Shown: in pieces, positions 35,185-48,774 of the stretch | Layout of the letters: each line of letters begins with the position of its first letter | Position numbering within the stretch: position 1 is the stretch's first letter | DNA from: the human T2T-CHM13v2.0 reference genome, Homo sapiens | Length of the DNA: 64,000 nt | NCBI RefSeq assembly: GCF_009914755.1 | Contig: NC_060933.1 | Reading direction: 5' to 3' (one strand) | Notes under the pieces: model-generated | What the model was told of the DNA's origin: nothing | Databases searched by the model: none | The model's input: the letters and a program-made list of their open reading frames with translations, nothing else | Program-made: the position numbers and the translations under genes

Positions 35185-36000
35185 TGCACAGGAACCCACT
35201 ATATGCCAGGCCCAGTGCAAGGTGCTGGGAACACAATATTTAATGAGACAGGGAAGAGCTTGGCCTGTGTGAAGCTCTCAGTCTGGTGGGAGACAGGCAT
35301 ATAAACAAGACTAAGTATATAATTAAAAATGGCGAGACATTCTGTGTAGGAAACGAATAAGGTGCTGGAGAGGATAAGGGGCTGTGGGGAGAGATGGCAC
35401 TGTTTAGACCCAAAGATGTGGGCAGGAGTGGGAGAATGCCTGGTTTGAAAAGTGACAGGTAAGCTCAGGCCTGAGTGCCTCCTGTGAGGAGTCGGGCGAA
35501 GGATGTTCCCGGCAGCAAGATGTTCTCATGTTCGGCCTCCGAGGGACAGAGGACCTGGGCACATGGATGAACTGGGAGGAGTGTGGGGGAGGAGGATGGC
35601 ATGATGTGAGGCTGGCAAGGCGGGCGGGACCTGGCCTGGAGTCTGGTTGGCCGTGGGGAGGCCACGGAATGGTAGCTGTGGTTTGCTGCACAGGGCTGAA
35701 GGATAGTTCTGGTTACTGCAAGCAGAAAGAGTTGTATGAGGCCAAGTGAGGAAACGGGAGGCCGGTGAGAAGCCTCTGCAGCCATCCAGGCAGGAGACAA
35801 TGTTCAGCAGGACTAGGATGCTGCCCATAGACTTGGAAAGATGCATTTGGGGAACATGTTGGAGCTGGAACAGACAAACCTGGCTATGGATCAGATATGA
35901 GGCGTGAAGGAGGGACAGGTATGAAAAGCACTCCTAGGCTTCTGGCTTGAGTAACTGGGTGAAGGGAGTTGTCATTGACAAAGATGGGAAACCTCTTCTA
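35185..36000 (-). mobile_element. L2 3' portion
   Basis: actatatgccaggcccagtgcaaggtgctggga; ctcctaggcttctggcttgagtaactgggtg. Confidence 0.8.
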
Positions 36001-36501
36001 TGGACATCAAACCCCTCTTATAGCACTTAAAGCCTACTCTACCTCATTCTCCGGTGGTGCCAATATCTCCCTACGGTCAACCTCAAAGTAAAAGTCACTT
36101 CCTGGTTTTGGTTAACAAACTTTCTTCACCCTCTTCCACTGTTATTACTTATTCACTGAGTGACCATCTGTATGCTTGCCGTGCCCAGAGCAACTGGGTC
36201 ATCGTTTTAACGTGTAAATTAGTGAAAGAGTTCTTTTTACTCTATAAACCTATAGACCCAGGTAGAGGATCTAGATGTGGCTCTCAGAACAAATGCAATT
36301 GCTTTAAAATGATCTTTCTAGAAGAACAGTCATGAAACATTGAAATATTAAGTTAAAACCTAATAAGAATTCTGCATTCAGAAAGGTAAAAGAAGTGACA
36401 GGAAATAAACACCGACTTCAGCCATTTTTTTTCACTAATGAACTGGACTACACAATATTTTCCTCTCGAATTTCTTTTTCTTAAAAGAATTCCAACTATT
36501 C

Positions 36502-36813
36502 TTTTTTTTTTTTTTTTTTTTTTGAGACAGCGTCTCACTCTTTTGCCCAAACTGGAGTGCAGTGACGTGAACACAGCCCAGCTCACTGCAGCCTCGACTT
36601 CCTGGGCTCAGGTGATCCTCCCACCTCAGCCTCTCGAGTCCCTGGGGCTACAGGCATGCACCACCATGCCTGGCTAATTTTTTTATTATTGTTATTTTTT
36701 GTAGAGACAAGGCCTATGTTGCCCTGACTGGTCTTCAACTCCTGGCCTCCAGTGATTCTCCTAACTCAGCCTCCTAAATTGTTGGGGTTACAGGTGTGAA
36801 CCGCTGTGCCTAG
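36502..36813 (-). mobile_element. AluJ
   Basis: Poly-T then gagacagcgtctcactc; cagctcactgcagcctcgacttcctgggctca. Confidence 0.92.
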
Positions 36814-39410
36814 ACAATTTAAACTGTTTTGATGCCATTTGGAGTGGACTTATTGTATAAAAACATAAGATGTGATCAATTTCTTCAAAATATACTCCTT
36901 GGAACACAAAGATATCAGAAGTATTTTCAGCATGGAGTTTGTGAGGACATTCCTACCCTTTCAGTTTGCTCAATGTAATGCATGAAAACATTAGGTTTAG
37001 GTCTCTTAGTTGACCCACTAGAGTCATTTTTCAGGGCCCTGGAGTCTCATCTGGGAGCACTGGAGAAGAAAGCTGTGAGCTGGTGGTGTGGCTGTCCTGA
37101 TGCCACTCTGTCTCCTGGAAATCATAAAGAGGCAGGCTTTCTTAATTGCAGACGACAGAATCCACCGCTAGTTTAAGCAGAGTCAGTACAGAATTTTCAG
37201 GAGGACCAGAGAATGAAGCTTGGATACTACATCGTCAGGAATAAGCAACCAGAAGAAACAGCAACCACACAATGAGATATTTCTAACACTCAGATTGTAT
37301 GCTGCTGGGACCAGAGAGAAGAGCGCTGGCCGTGGCTGCCACAGAACAAAGACGTCCTTCTCCAGGCTTGCCAGAAGATCCCATTTCCCCCTCTCATGGC
37401 ACCTTCCATCCTGATGGCTGCATTTGTTGGGTATAATCTAGAACTCCTGCCTACTCCCACAACACAGACGGCAATCAGTTCCAACCTGAGTTCAACAAGT
37501 GCTGGCTGTAAGGGAGTCCGGGAGGCGTGGCTTTTACCTTTCTACTGTCTGCAGAGCAGGGAAATAGACTGTGTGAATGCTGGAGATGATGTTTGAAATA
37601 ATTTGCATGAACCGCTGCAGACAGTGAACAAAACCACCGAAAGACATGATCTTCCCAAATCACTGTTCTCCTGCTCCCAGCACTAATTCTGTTCCGGAGA
37701 AACATTTACCTAGATTTTGCCTGCATTTACCAAGTGTTTCCTTTCGAGCACTTCCTCTTTCAGACCAGTTAAACTAAACATCACTGTGAACAGAGCACAC
37801 AGCAAACACCCAGGTAAAGCGAGTACTTCCATGGCTTCCTCAGGAACGCGTCTGATGTCTAGCTTGACGTCTCCCCACTTATCATAACACTGCAGCAGAA
37901 ATTGCATTTCGCTAAGGTAGGCGGGAAGACGGAAAGGATGTCTAATTAATCGTCTAATTAATCACTTCAAGTCTTTGCAGACCAGGAATATGCTTTAGTT
38001 TGTATTGGCTCACCTCATCACTCTAGGACTGGACCTGTGGCTGGCAGGGACGTCCTGCGTCTGATTGAGAAGGGTGTGGTCTTGCAGAAAGAATGATGAA
38101 GCCTGTCAAGGATCAAGCTCCTAAGACAGAAAGAGAAGCCTCCTTTGGTAGTCCCAGTCCCTGCATTTCAGGGACTTTCTCATCATTCTGCCTCTAATAA
38201 GACCTGGGCCCTGACACCTCCGCTTCCACCATAAACAGTGCTACTAAAGCTGCAGCCGGCACTGATGCAAAGCCCAGAGTCACTACTGGGTGTCATAGCT
38301 GGGATGCCCATATAAGAGGGGCTGGGACAGGGCCCCTTGAAAACCACAAGGCACCTTGCAGCCTTGCCCAGGGTGGGGGCCTGGGGGACTCTGGGGAGAG
38401 GAGTTGAACCTATATATATATAGCCTTTTGGACTCCTGGAAATGATCTATTGATAAAAGCTGCTTCTAATCAAAAACAAGAAAGAGGAGGAGAAGGAAGA
38501 AGAGAATCCTTGGAAAACTGCTAATACAGTTGTGGTTATCTAAGAGAGAGATTTTGTTTGTTCTCTTACTAACAGAAAGGGGTAATTTGGCAGGAAGAAT
38601 TAGGGAAAGCAGACAAATTACATATTATTTATTGTTGGAGAAAATTAGACTCCAAGAGGGGAAGGCTCAAGAGCTGAGGAGAAGGTTGATTTCACAGTGC
38701 CTAATTCGCCACGTTTTATGATGTGTTTGATTTTTGAAGTCTGTATTTTAAAGAATGGCTTTCACATTGGGGCAAAGGTAAAGAAAGTCAACTCTCATAA
38801 AAACATTTACTAGAAACTCTGATTTTCCATGCCACTTTAAAAAAATCAATGAGCTTAATCTGCCATAAATGATTCTTCTTAAACCATTCCTAGCTCTTTG
38901 GGTCACGTCCTTTGCTCTGGTTTTTCCTTCCTAGAACCTGCACAGTATAGAGCCAGAGTTCACAAGGTGGTGGTATCTACCACCTGCTCATCTTTATACA
39001 ACATGGACAGAATGTTCCCATGTACATGTATTTTGCACCACTCCTGTGATTCACAGTTCCTCAAAAATCCGTAGTGGAGATTTGGTGAAAAAAACCAAAT
39101 AGCCACTTTCTTCCAGCCCCCGGGGGTACATTTTTTCACCAGGCATCTCACAGTCTTTCATTTGAATCTTCCAGGAGACTGGGATCCCAAGGAACACAAG
39201 CGCTCGCAGGCGGGCTATGGGGAGGCGTATTGTAAGGCCACCGCGTCAGTGGAGAGCAGGACCTGGGGCCTCCCTGGGGCTCCCTCGTGGACGCAGCCCA
39301 GTTCCTTGGAGCACCAGCACCTTCCCTGTAGTGTTCCACTCCCAGCCCAGTGTGGCTACTCTCTCAGCCTCTGCTTCTGTGTCTGTGTTTTCTTTTCTTT
39401 TTATTATTAG

Positions 39411-39868
<458 letters not shown>

Positions 39869-41385
39869 GATTCTCTCTTTTCTTGAGTGAGATTCCCAAC
39901 TGGGAATTCCACTGGCCCAGCTCCTTTTGGCCACACTAGATCTGGTCCCCTGGGCATGGGGGGTTGGAGTCCTGTGATGACACATGGCTGCTGGGTCTTC
40001 GAAGACAGCGGGGAAAGTGGTGAGCTGGGCTCTGGGATTCCTCAGGCTATCGTTTCTTTTGAGGTGAATCCATAACAAACCATGGGCAGAAAGGAAAACT
40101 AGGACAGCAAGCAATGATTTGCCCAAGTCACTGAAAAGGAAACAAATGGTCAGGTATAAATCTTGATTGTCTTATTCTTTCTTCCAGGAGAGCTGGGGAT
40201 GAGTTCTGTCTGGGAACCAGCATCTCTACTTCACTTGGTTTCATTCTAGGACAGGAATTCACCCTCCTGTGCTCACTCAGCCACTCTCGACCTTCAGGTC
40301 TATTTCCTCCCCGTTGATGGCCTTCCTGGGCCGGGCTGTTTGAGTCCACTGTTGAAAGGAGCTGGGGCCTGTCCCCTCCTCCACGTCACCAGCTTTCCCA
40401 TTGCAGCATACAGCTAAGGACGCTGCATTAGAAGAGCCCTGAGGTCCAGGCTTGGGGAAACCTCGACCTGCCGGTGCCTGCAGAGGGGAAGCACGATGGG
40501 AGTTCTGCATCATTGAGGTTTTAGTTGTCTCTGGCTTGTCTGACGTTTGTGCAACAAGGCTGATTCGCTGTTGAGGGCATTTTCCAAGGGATTTCTGTGG
40601 GCATGGAATTTCCTCCATATCTCCCAGCCCAGGAGTGCCCTTTGGCTGCTGCTGGAAATGCCCCAGCGTCCGTGCACACTTTTTCCATTGATGGTGCAGC
40701 TATCCAGGCCCCACGTTCAGCCCAGCAGGGAGCTCTGCTATTGTAGGGTATGTGGTGTGACAGATAATTTATTAGGTGTGAACCGTCTTTTATTTGTTAC
40801 TTCGTGGGCCTGTCTGCCCACACTCCTTTCTCCAAGTCCACCTGCAGCGCCTGCATGGCTGGGTGTGTGCCACGGTCCCTCTCACCACTACGCTTTTGCT
40901 CCTGAGTTCTATCTGGGACAGATTCTCATTCCTCTTGCCTTTTCCACACTTAGATGTTGCTTCTACTGAGAAGCTTGACCTGATTGCCCTCTCCCCAGGA
41001 CAGGACTGGACGCCCTGAGCCCCACATTTATCCACTCCCAGGGCAGCCAGTGCTGGGCCTGGGCAGTGCATCCTTATCTCTTTTTGGTACTGGCTGCTAA
41101 TGTCCCTGAATGAGGGTCCTGGAGAGGCTCCGGCTCCACTCCTTGGCAGAGCCCTCCGAGGTGGACACACTGACAGTGCTTAACAAATACTTGCCCAGTG
41201 CCGAGTGTGGGGCCTTGAAACCTGACTCTGGCTAGTGGAAACTTCTCCTGCATTCTGGATTTGGGGTGATGTTATGCATTCGGTTAGGAATCCCTAGTGG
41301 TGCTTCAATAATAATAGCCAATATTTCTAGAACAATTAGAAATTGTCCCACGAAGTGCTTAAGCACTTCCCATGTTTTTAGCTCA

Positions 41386-41673
41386 CTTTTTTTTTTCTTT
41401 TGAGACAAGGTCTGGCTCTGTCACCCAGGCTGGAGTGCAGTGATGTGATCTCAGCTCACTGCACGCCAATTCCCTAGGCTCAAGTGATCCTCCCATCTCA
41501 GCCTCCTGAGCAGCTGAGACTACAGGTGGGTGCCACCACACCAGGCTTTTTTTTTTTTTGTAGATATGAGGTCTCACTATGCTGCCCTGGCTGGTCTCAA
41601 ACTCCTAGACTCAAGAGATCTGCCTGCCTCCCAAAGTGCTGGGATTACGGAGATGACCCTCTGCACCTGGCTT
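41386..41673 (-). mobile_element. AluJ inserted in a MIR
   Basis: Reverse dimer; MIR motifs on both sides (aataatagccaatattt; aagaggtgaagcgaatggcccag). Confidence 0.9.
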
Positions 41674-42040
41674 CAGTCACTCTTTGATGACTGAGGTAGG
41701 TACTATTTTTAACTCCATTAAAGAGGTGAAGCGAATGGCCCAGACCATACAGCAGGCATGTGGCCGATGCAGGTTGGAAGCTGGACTCTGGTTCCAGACT
41801 CACACTGGTGACCTCTCTGCCTGCGGTGACACCTGTTGCCTGCAAGTCCCAGGAGGTCCTCTGCTGTGCAGTGGGTTAGGGGCCTGCAGCACACTGAAGA
41901 TGCTTTATAAGCCTCTTTGGTGTTTTATAAGCCTCTTTGTATTCTACTAGCAATCTAGCAAGTGTCTTCAGCTTTAAAAGAGCCGCCAAACCCAGGGTGT
42001 CCTGCCAATTTAGGCATGCATTTAAACAAATTATACTTCT

Positions 42041-42419
<379 letters not shown>

Positions 42420-42421
42420 TA

Positions 42422-42447
42422 AGTATATGTGCTGCCAAAGCAAGCAC
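42422..42447 (-). pseudogene. 3'-truncated U6 snRNA retrocopy (first 26 nt)
   Basis: Minus strand GTGCTTGCTTTGGCAGCACATATACT versus U6 GTGCTCGCTTCGGCAGCACATATACT: 24/26, both differences CpG transitions; followed by an A-rich tract. Confidence 0.88.
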
Positions 42448-42459
42448 GTCCCTTTCTGT

Positions 42460-42870
42460 TTTTCTGTTGCTTTTTAAAGTTATGCAATTGATACCCAAAT
42501 GTATTTTCCATTCTCAGAGATTTAAGTAGATTGGAAACATATAGAGTGAAATGGGAAAAGCCTCTTTGCTGCTTGCTTCTCTCTGCAGGACAATCCAACT
42601 TTCTTCCTGGGAGATAACGATCCTCAGGTTTGGATCCTGCAAGTCTTTTTTCTCTGCATTCACACACGTGTTTATAGCCGTGGAATAAAGTTCTCTTTTC
42701 ATGTAAATGGCATACTCTGTGCACGGTTCTTCACTTAGTCTTTCTCCCCGGTGGACCCTACGTCTTAGTGACCATTTCCAGGGCCACATCACAGATCAGC
42801 CTCATTCTATTTAAGAGCTTTCTAGTATACACCGCCCTTAGTGATGGAAATTTGGGTTGTTCTCAGAAAA
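42460..42870 (-). mobile_element. Ancient L1ME-like 3' fragment
   Basis: gcctcattctatttaag; gtgatggaaatttgggttgtt; degenerate. Confidence 0.5.
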
Positions 42871-43261
42871 ATTGTAAATCACAGTTTACTTAAAAAAATT
42901 ATTACTTGCTTTAAAAAATGCCCCAAACAATAAGAGCGCTCATTTAGTGCTGAGGTTTACGCTCCTTTTCACACTCACACAATCAGCGCCAATCACACTT
43001 TCCAGAATATGGAATGCCTCCACTTTGTTTTGGTAAAATTAGTGCCTCACAACGTCTTCCCACCTCCTGGTCCCCCTTCTCACAGAGGGGGACCGGCCAT
43101 TGTGCTCTTGGAAGTAGCACAGGATGTTGTTACACTTGGCTACGCAGTTGCATAATGGCCTCCGAAATTAGGCCCGGTGCTAGTTGAAGCCCTTGTTTGC
43201 CCTTCAGATACTGACCACAGATCAGCACAGTGGGCTCACTGCCTGGGAAGTCAGCACTCGC

Positions 43262-44216
43262 AGGTGTGTTTGTGTATTTGTGTGGTGTGTATGTGTAGCA
43301 TCTATGGTGTGTACAGGGTGTGGGTGCGTAGTGTGTATGTGTGGTGTATGTAGTGTGTGTATGGTATGGGTGTGTGACGTGTGTGTGTAGTGTGTATGTG
43401 TGGTGTGTGAGCGGTGTTGGGTGGTGTGTGTGTGATGTGTGTTGTGTGTATGTGTAGTGCATGCAGTGTGTATGCATGGTATGTGGTATGTGTGGTATAT
43501 GTGGTGCGTGTAGGGTACAGGGTGGTGGGTGGTTTGTGTGGTGTGTGTGTGCTGTGTATGTGTGGTGTATGTGTATGTGTGGCACATGTGGTGTGCATAT
43601 GGTATGGGATAGTGTGTGGCATATATGAGGTGTGTGGGAGGTGTTGGGTGGTGTGTGTTTAATGTGTATGGTATGTGTGGTCTATGTGGTGTGTGTGTAT
43701 TGTAGATGTAGTGTGTGTGTGGTGTGTGATGTGTATGTATGCGGTGTGTGTAGTGTGTGTGTGATGTGTGGTCTATGGGGCGTGTGGGGGGCATGTGGTG
43801 GTTGTGGCATCTGTTGTGCAGTGTGTCTGTTGTGTGGTGTATGTGTAGTGTGTGGAGGGTGTGTGGTGTGTGTGATATGTGTATTATGTGTGGTCTATGA
43901 GGAGTGTGGGGGGCATGTGGTAGTGTCTGTTGTGTGGTGTGTGTCTGTTGTGTGGTGTGTGTCTGTTGTGTGGTGCAGGTGTAGTGTGTGCAGTGCGTGT
44001 GGTGTGTGTGTGATGTGTGTAGGATGCATGGTCTATGGGGCATGTGGGGGTCATGTGGTGGTGTGTGTTGTGTGTTGTGTGTCTGTTGTGTGGTGTGTGT
44101 GTAATGTGTGCAAGATGTGTGATGTGTGTAGTATGAGTCTATGAGGTGTGGGGGGCATGTACTGGTGTGTGGCGTCTGTTGTGTTGGGTGTCTGTGGTGT
44201 TGTGTGGGGTGTGTAT
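43262..44216. repeat. ~950-bp TG/GGT low-complexity repeat
   Basis: tgtgtggtgtgtgt-type degenerate array. Confidence 0.95.
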
Positions 44217-44476
44217 GGACATCATTGCTCCTGGCGCTGGCCCTCTCTTGGGAACAGGGAGGTCACCCTGGGAGTGAAGGGGTGAGAGACCTTCCTTCCC
44301 GGACTCACTGCATCTCCCCACTCCTAGAACAATTATTCCGAGTGGATAATGCACAGCGAGCTGAGTGAACAGCCTTTCTCTCTCTATGTGGAGTGCTGTG
44401 CAAGTGAGAGGTGAGGCCAGCTGGACTTCCTGGGTCGAGTGGGGACTTAGGGAACTTTCCTGTCTTACAAGAGGAT

Positions 44477-44592
44477 TGTAAAACGCACCAATCAGTGCTC
44501 TGTAAAACACACCAATCAGTGCTCTGTAAAACGCACCAATCAGCGCTCTGTAAAACGCACCAGTCAGCACTCTGTAAAATGCACCAATCAGC
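44477..44592 (+). promoter_or_regulatory. Tandem 24-bp CCAAT-box (NF-Y) array of LTR12 U3
   Basis: About five copies of tgtaaaacgcaccaatcagtgctc, four with intact CCAAT; a further ccaat at ~44609. Confidence 0.8.
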
Positions 44593-44819
44593 AGGATTCT
44601 AAAAGTAGCCAATCGCAGGGAGGATTGAAGAAAGGGCACTCTGATAGGACAGATACAGAACATCGGCCGGGACAATAAGGGAATAAAAGCTGGCCAGCCC
44701 CAGCCACTGACGGCAAGCCACTCCAATGTCCTTCCAGGCTGTGGGAGCTTTCTCCTTTCGCTCTTCACAACAAACCGTGCTACTGCTCACTCTTTGGGTC
44801 TGTGCAAGAGCTGTAACAT

Positions 44820-45150
<331 letters not shown>

Positions 45151-46106
45151 TCACTGCGAAGGTCCTGGCTTCATTCTTGTAGTCAGGAGACCATGAACCC
45201 ACTGGCAGGAACCAACTCTGGGCACACAAGGACACTGAACATCCAGCGAATCTGCAAAATACTCTCCTTGTGGGGGAGAGTGTCTCTAGGTATTGCTGTT
45301 TTCCCTTTCTTTAAAAACATTTTAAAATCACATAATAATTTACCTGATTGTGTCAGGAAGAGTGAGAAACTCCTACTATAGAAGGTGAAAATCCCTGATG
45401 TTGCTTTCGGAGAGAGCATGTCACGTTCTTGGATCTGACTTTCATTTCTCTCAGATAATAATGTTTTGAAAATAGCTCATCAATATAGGTTGCCAATTGA
45501 TTTTACTTGACACCCTCCCCCCCCCCCCCCCCAGCTAAAATGGACCTGTAGAGGTGAATTCATGTTGACATATACGTTCATAACACTTCTGGACGTGTGG
45601 GTAGGTTATGAGGTTAATTGCAGTGGCTGAGTCCAAAATCTTACTCTGTTTCCCTTTGAGATTGGTAACAGATCAGACCCAAGAAAATCAGACGAAAATG
45701 AAAGAACTGTATGAACTGTATCAGTGCAGTCCTCAAAACAGGGTTCAGGGAGCCCTCTCCTTCCTCTCCAAAATGAAGATGCTGGAGGGAAAGCCCCATC
45801 TGCAGGGCCGACTCTGACCACCGTAGCCCGGCCTCCTGCATGGAGGGTCCCCAGCGCTCCGGATCTCTCGCCTGGCCGTGGCAGTGGCCACCCAGGGCTG
45901 CGGTATCTTTTCTCAGCGGAGTCAGACACAGTCCGCACGGGAAACCGGGAGCAGATACAATCTCCTGTGGCTGCAGCCCGGCGAAGGGGCTGAGCGGGTG
46001 GCTCTTTCCTCCCAGAGCGCCTGCATTTTTTTGCGGATGGAGTGAATGTTTGTGTTTTCGTGAGGCCATGCGAAAGGAATGTGAGTATTAGAAAAGAGCC
46101 CTGTTT

Positions 46107-46367
46107 GTTAAAACGATAATTGCTAGAATGCTCTGGAACCGTCCACATTCGCTCTTCCAGTCTCATAAAAGCCCAAGGAATGGGGGCAATGTCTGACTGA
46201 CGACCTGGACTCAAAGCCCTTCCAGATGAGAGAATTTTGCTGTCATTTTGGTTATAATTTTCCCTAATGACTTGGATTTCTCTTTGGCCACCAAATATTT
46301 CAAAGCAACTGGTTTTTTACCGCATCCAAGAGCTGAAAGCCCCCATGGCAGTTCACGGGCTAAGGAC
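46107..46367 (+). repeat. Local direct duplication, copy 1 (261 bp)
   Basis: gttaaaacgataattgctag...gctaaggac matches 47185-47450. Confidence 0.97.
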
Positions 46368-46959
46368 GATCGCGTGAATAACTAATAACCAAGTGGACAA
46401 ATATGCATCATGTGTTTGAACCAATACTCATGCTCGATTACACCGCAGGCTGTTTCAGATGCTTTCAAGCCAGGCCTGGCTGGCCCCTACAGACACCCCC
46501 TGCAGCCACTTCCTCAGGAAGTGAGCTCACCTCCCTCATGGAAGAGCGTTTGTAAGATGCTGGCGCTCCTCTAGTGCCAACGCTGGAGGCTGGGATCACC
46601 TGCGGGTTTTCAGTTGCTCCTGGGAGCTGCCAGGAGAGTCCCAGGAACAAGCTGCCTCCTTGCACCCTTACATTTGTTTGCTACCCTGCAGATAAAGTGT
46701 GGTGCGGGAGTTTTCCAATTCATTCACACAGCGGAGAGAGAAAGGAAGGAGTGAAAGAACGCAGCCTGCCGGGCCTTGGTCTCCTCTCAGGCTTTGTTTG
46801 GGCTAAGTGAAGGGTCCATGCTATGGCTGAGGGTAGAGTTTTAGTAGGTGAAAACATCTGCGTGTCTTGGCTCTAATAAGCTGGGGTGCGCGCCTCCACT
46901 TACCTAGATCTCCATGCGGAGCGGCATCGTGGCCTGATGGTCGAGCGAGGAAGTTTCTC

Positions 46960-47150
46960 CAGTTCCAGTCAGACTAACGGCCTGGTTTGAATCTGGCCTC
47001 TACAACCTCCCAGGCTGGGAAGCCTTGGGCTACTTACTTAACCTCTCTGTGCCTTAGATTTCCTGCCGGCAAATGAGAAGACAATCAGGCCTTCTGAATC
47101 ATGTACTGCAAAGGGCTTAGAACAGGGCCTGGTTCATAGAAGAACAAATG
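46960..47150 (+). mobile_element. MIR
   Basis: cctggtttgaatctggcctctac; ttacttaacctctctgtgcctt; gcttagaacagggcctgg. Confidence 0.75.
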
Positions 47151-47184
47151 GGCAACCGGCCCGGAATTAGTGTGCTCTGCAAGG

Positions 47185-47450
47185 GTTAAAATGATAATTG
47201 CTAGAATGCTCTGGAACCGTCCACATACATTCGCTCTTCCACAGTCTCATAAAAGCCCAAGGAATGGGAGCAATGTCTGACTGACGACCTGGACTCAAAG
47301 CCCTTCCAGATGAGAGAATTTTGCTGTCATTTTGGTTATAATTTTCCCTAATGACTTGGATTTCTCTTTGGCCACCAAATATTTCAAAGTAACTGTTTTT
47401 TATGGCACCCAAGAGCTGAAAGCCCCCATGGCAGTTTCCAGGCTAAGGAC
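47185..47450 (+). repeat. Local direct duplication, copy 2 (266 bp)
   Basis: About 9 substitutions and 3 small indels relative to copy 1 by manual alignment. Confidence 0.97.
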
Positions 47451-47470
47451 ACTTTATGCAAACCCATCCC

Positions 47471-48612
47471 AGGAGGAGGAGGAGGAGAGGGAAGAGAAGG
47501 AGGAGGAGGAGAGGGGGGAGGAGGAGGAGAGGGGGAGGAGGAGAGGGGGAGGAGGAGAGGGAGGAAGAGGAGCAGAGGGAAGGGAGGGAGGAAGAGGAGG
47601 GGAGGGGAGGGAGGAGGAGGAGAGGGAGGAGGGGGAGATGGTGAGGGAGGAGAGGGCGGAGGAGGGGGGAGGAGGAGAGGGAGGAGGAGAGGGAGGAGGA
47701 GAGGGAGGAGGAGAGGGAGGAGGAGGACCAGGAGAGGGAAGGGAGGGAGGGAGGAGGAGAGGGAGGAGAAGGAGGAGGAGAGGGAAGAGAAGGAGGAGGA
47801 GAGAGAGGAGGAGAAGGAGGGAGGAGGAGGAGAGAGGAGGAGGGGGAGGAGGAGGGGGAGGAGGAGAGGGGGAGGAGGAGGGGGGAGGAGGAGAGGGGGA
47901 GGAGGAGGACCAGGAGAGGGAAGGGAGGGAGAGAGGAGGAGAGAGGGAGTAGGAGAGGGGGAGGAGGAGGACCAGGAGAGGGAAGGGAGGGAGGGAGGAG
48001 GAGAGGGAGGAGAAGGAGGAGGAGAGTGAAGAGAAGGAGGAGAAGAGGGAGGAGGAGAAAGAGGGAGGAGGAGGAGAGGGAGGAGGAGGGAGGAGGAGAG
48101 GGAGGAGGAGAGGGAGGAGGAGAAGAGGAGGAGGAGAGGGGGAGGAGGACCAGGAGAGGGAAGGGAGGGAGGGAGGAGGAGAAGGAGGAGGAGAGGGAAG
48201 AGAAGGAGGAGGAGAGAGAGGAGGAGAAGGAGGGAAGAGGAGGAGAGGGAGGGGGGAGGAGGAGGGAAGAGGAGGAGAGGGAGGAGGAGGGGGGAGGAGG
48301 AGAGGGAGGAGTAGAGGGGAGGAGGAGAGGGAGGAGAAGGAGGGAGGAGGAGGAGAGGGAGGAGGAGGAGGGAGGAGGAGGGAGGAGGAGGAGGGAGGAG
48401 GAGGAGGGAGGAAGAGGAGGGAGGAGGAGGAGAGGGAGGAGGGAAGGAAGGGGGAGGAGGAGAGGAAGGAGGAGAGGAGGGAGGAGGAGGGGGAGGAAGA
48501 GAGGGAGGAGGAGGGGAGGAGGAGGGGGAGGAGGAGGGGAGGAGGAGAGGGGGAGGAGAGGGGGAGGAGGAGAGGGAGGAGGAGGTGGAGAGGGAGGAGA
48601 GGGAGGAGGAGG
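47471..48612. repeat. 1.14-kb polypurine (GGA/GGGA/GAG) tract
   Basis: Almost exclusively G and A; recurring ggaggaccaggagagggaaggga block. Confidence 0.98.
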
Positions 48613-48762
48613 CTAATTTTTTTTTTTTTTTTTTTGTATTATCAGTAGAGATGGGGTTTCACCATGTTAGCCAGGATGGTCTCAATCTCCTGACCTCGTG
48701 ATCCACCTGCCTCGGCCTCCCAAAGTGCTGGGATTACAGGCTTGAGCCACCGCGCCCGGCCC
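48611..48762 (-). mobile_element. AluY-like left monomer and linker only; right arm missing
   Basis: ggctaattt(T)n...gttagccaggatggtctcaatctcctgacctcgtgat...cgcgcccggcc. Confidence 0.9.
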
Positions 48763-48774
48763 ACACCCCACTTC

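Noticed and set aside
43130-44144. His/Thr- and Cys/Val-rich ORFs (likewise 32764-33201)
   Set aside because: Translations of TG/CA low-complexity repeats
44477-44592. Short regular repeats as a CRISPR-like array (also considered for the 40-bp VNTR)
   Set aside because: Head-to-tail repeats with no unique spacers, no cas genes and a primate context; this one is the known LTR12 CCAAT array
47332-48616. 206- and 196-aa E/G/R-rich ORFs
   Set aside because: Polypurine DNA has almost no T and so almost no stop codons
48735-48762. ggcttgagcc variant suggesting an Old World monkey AluY lineage
   Set aside because: Single position only; other AluY-like copies lack macaque-type diagnostics and look hominoid
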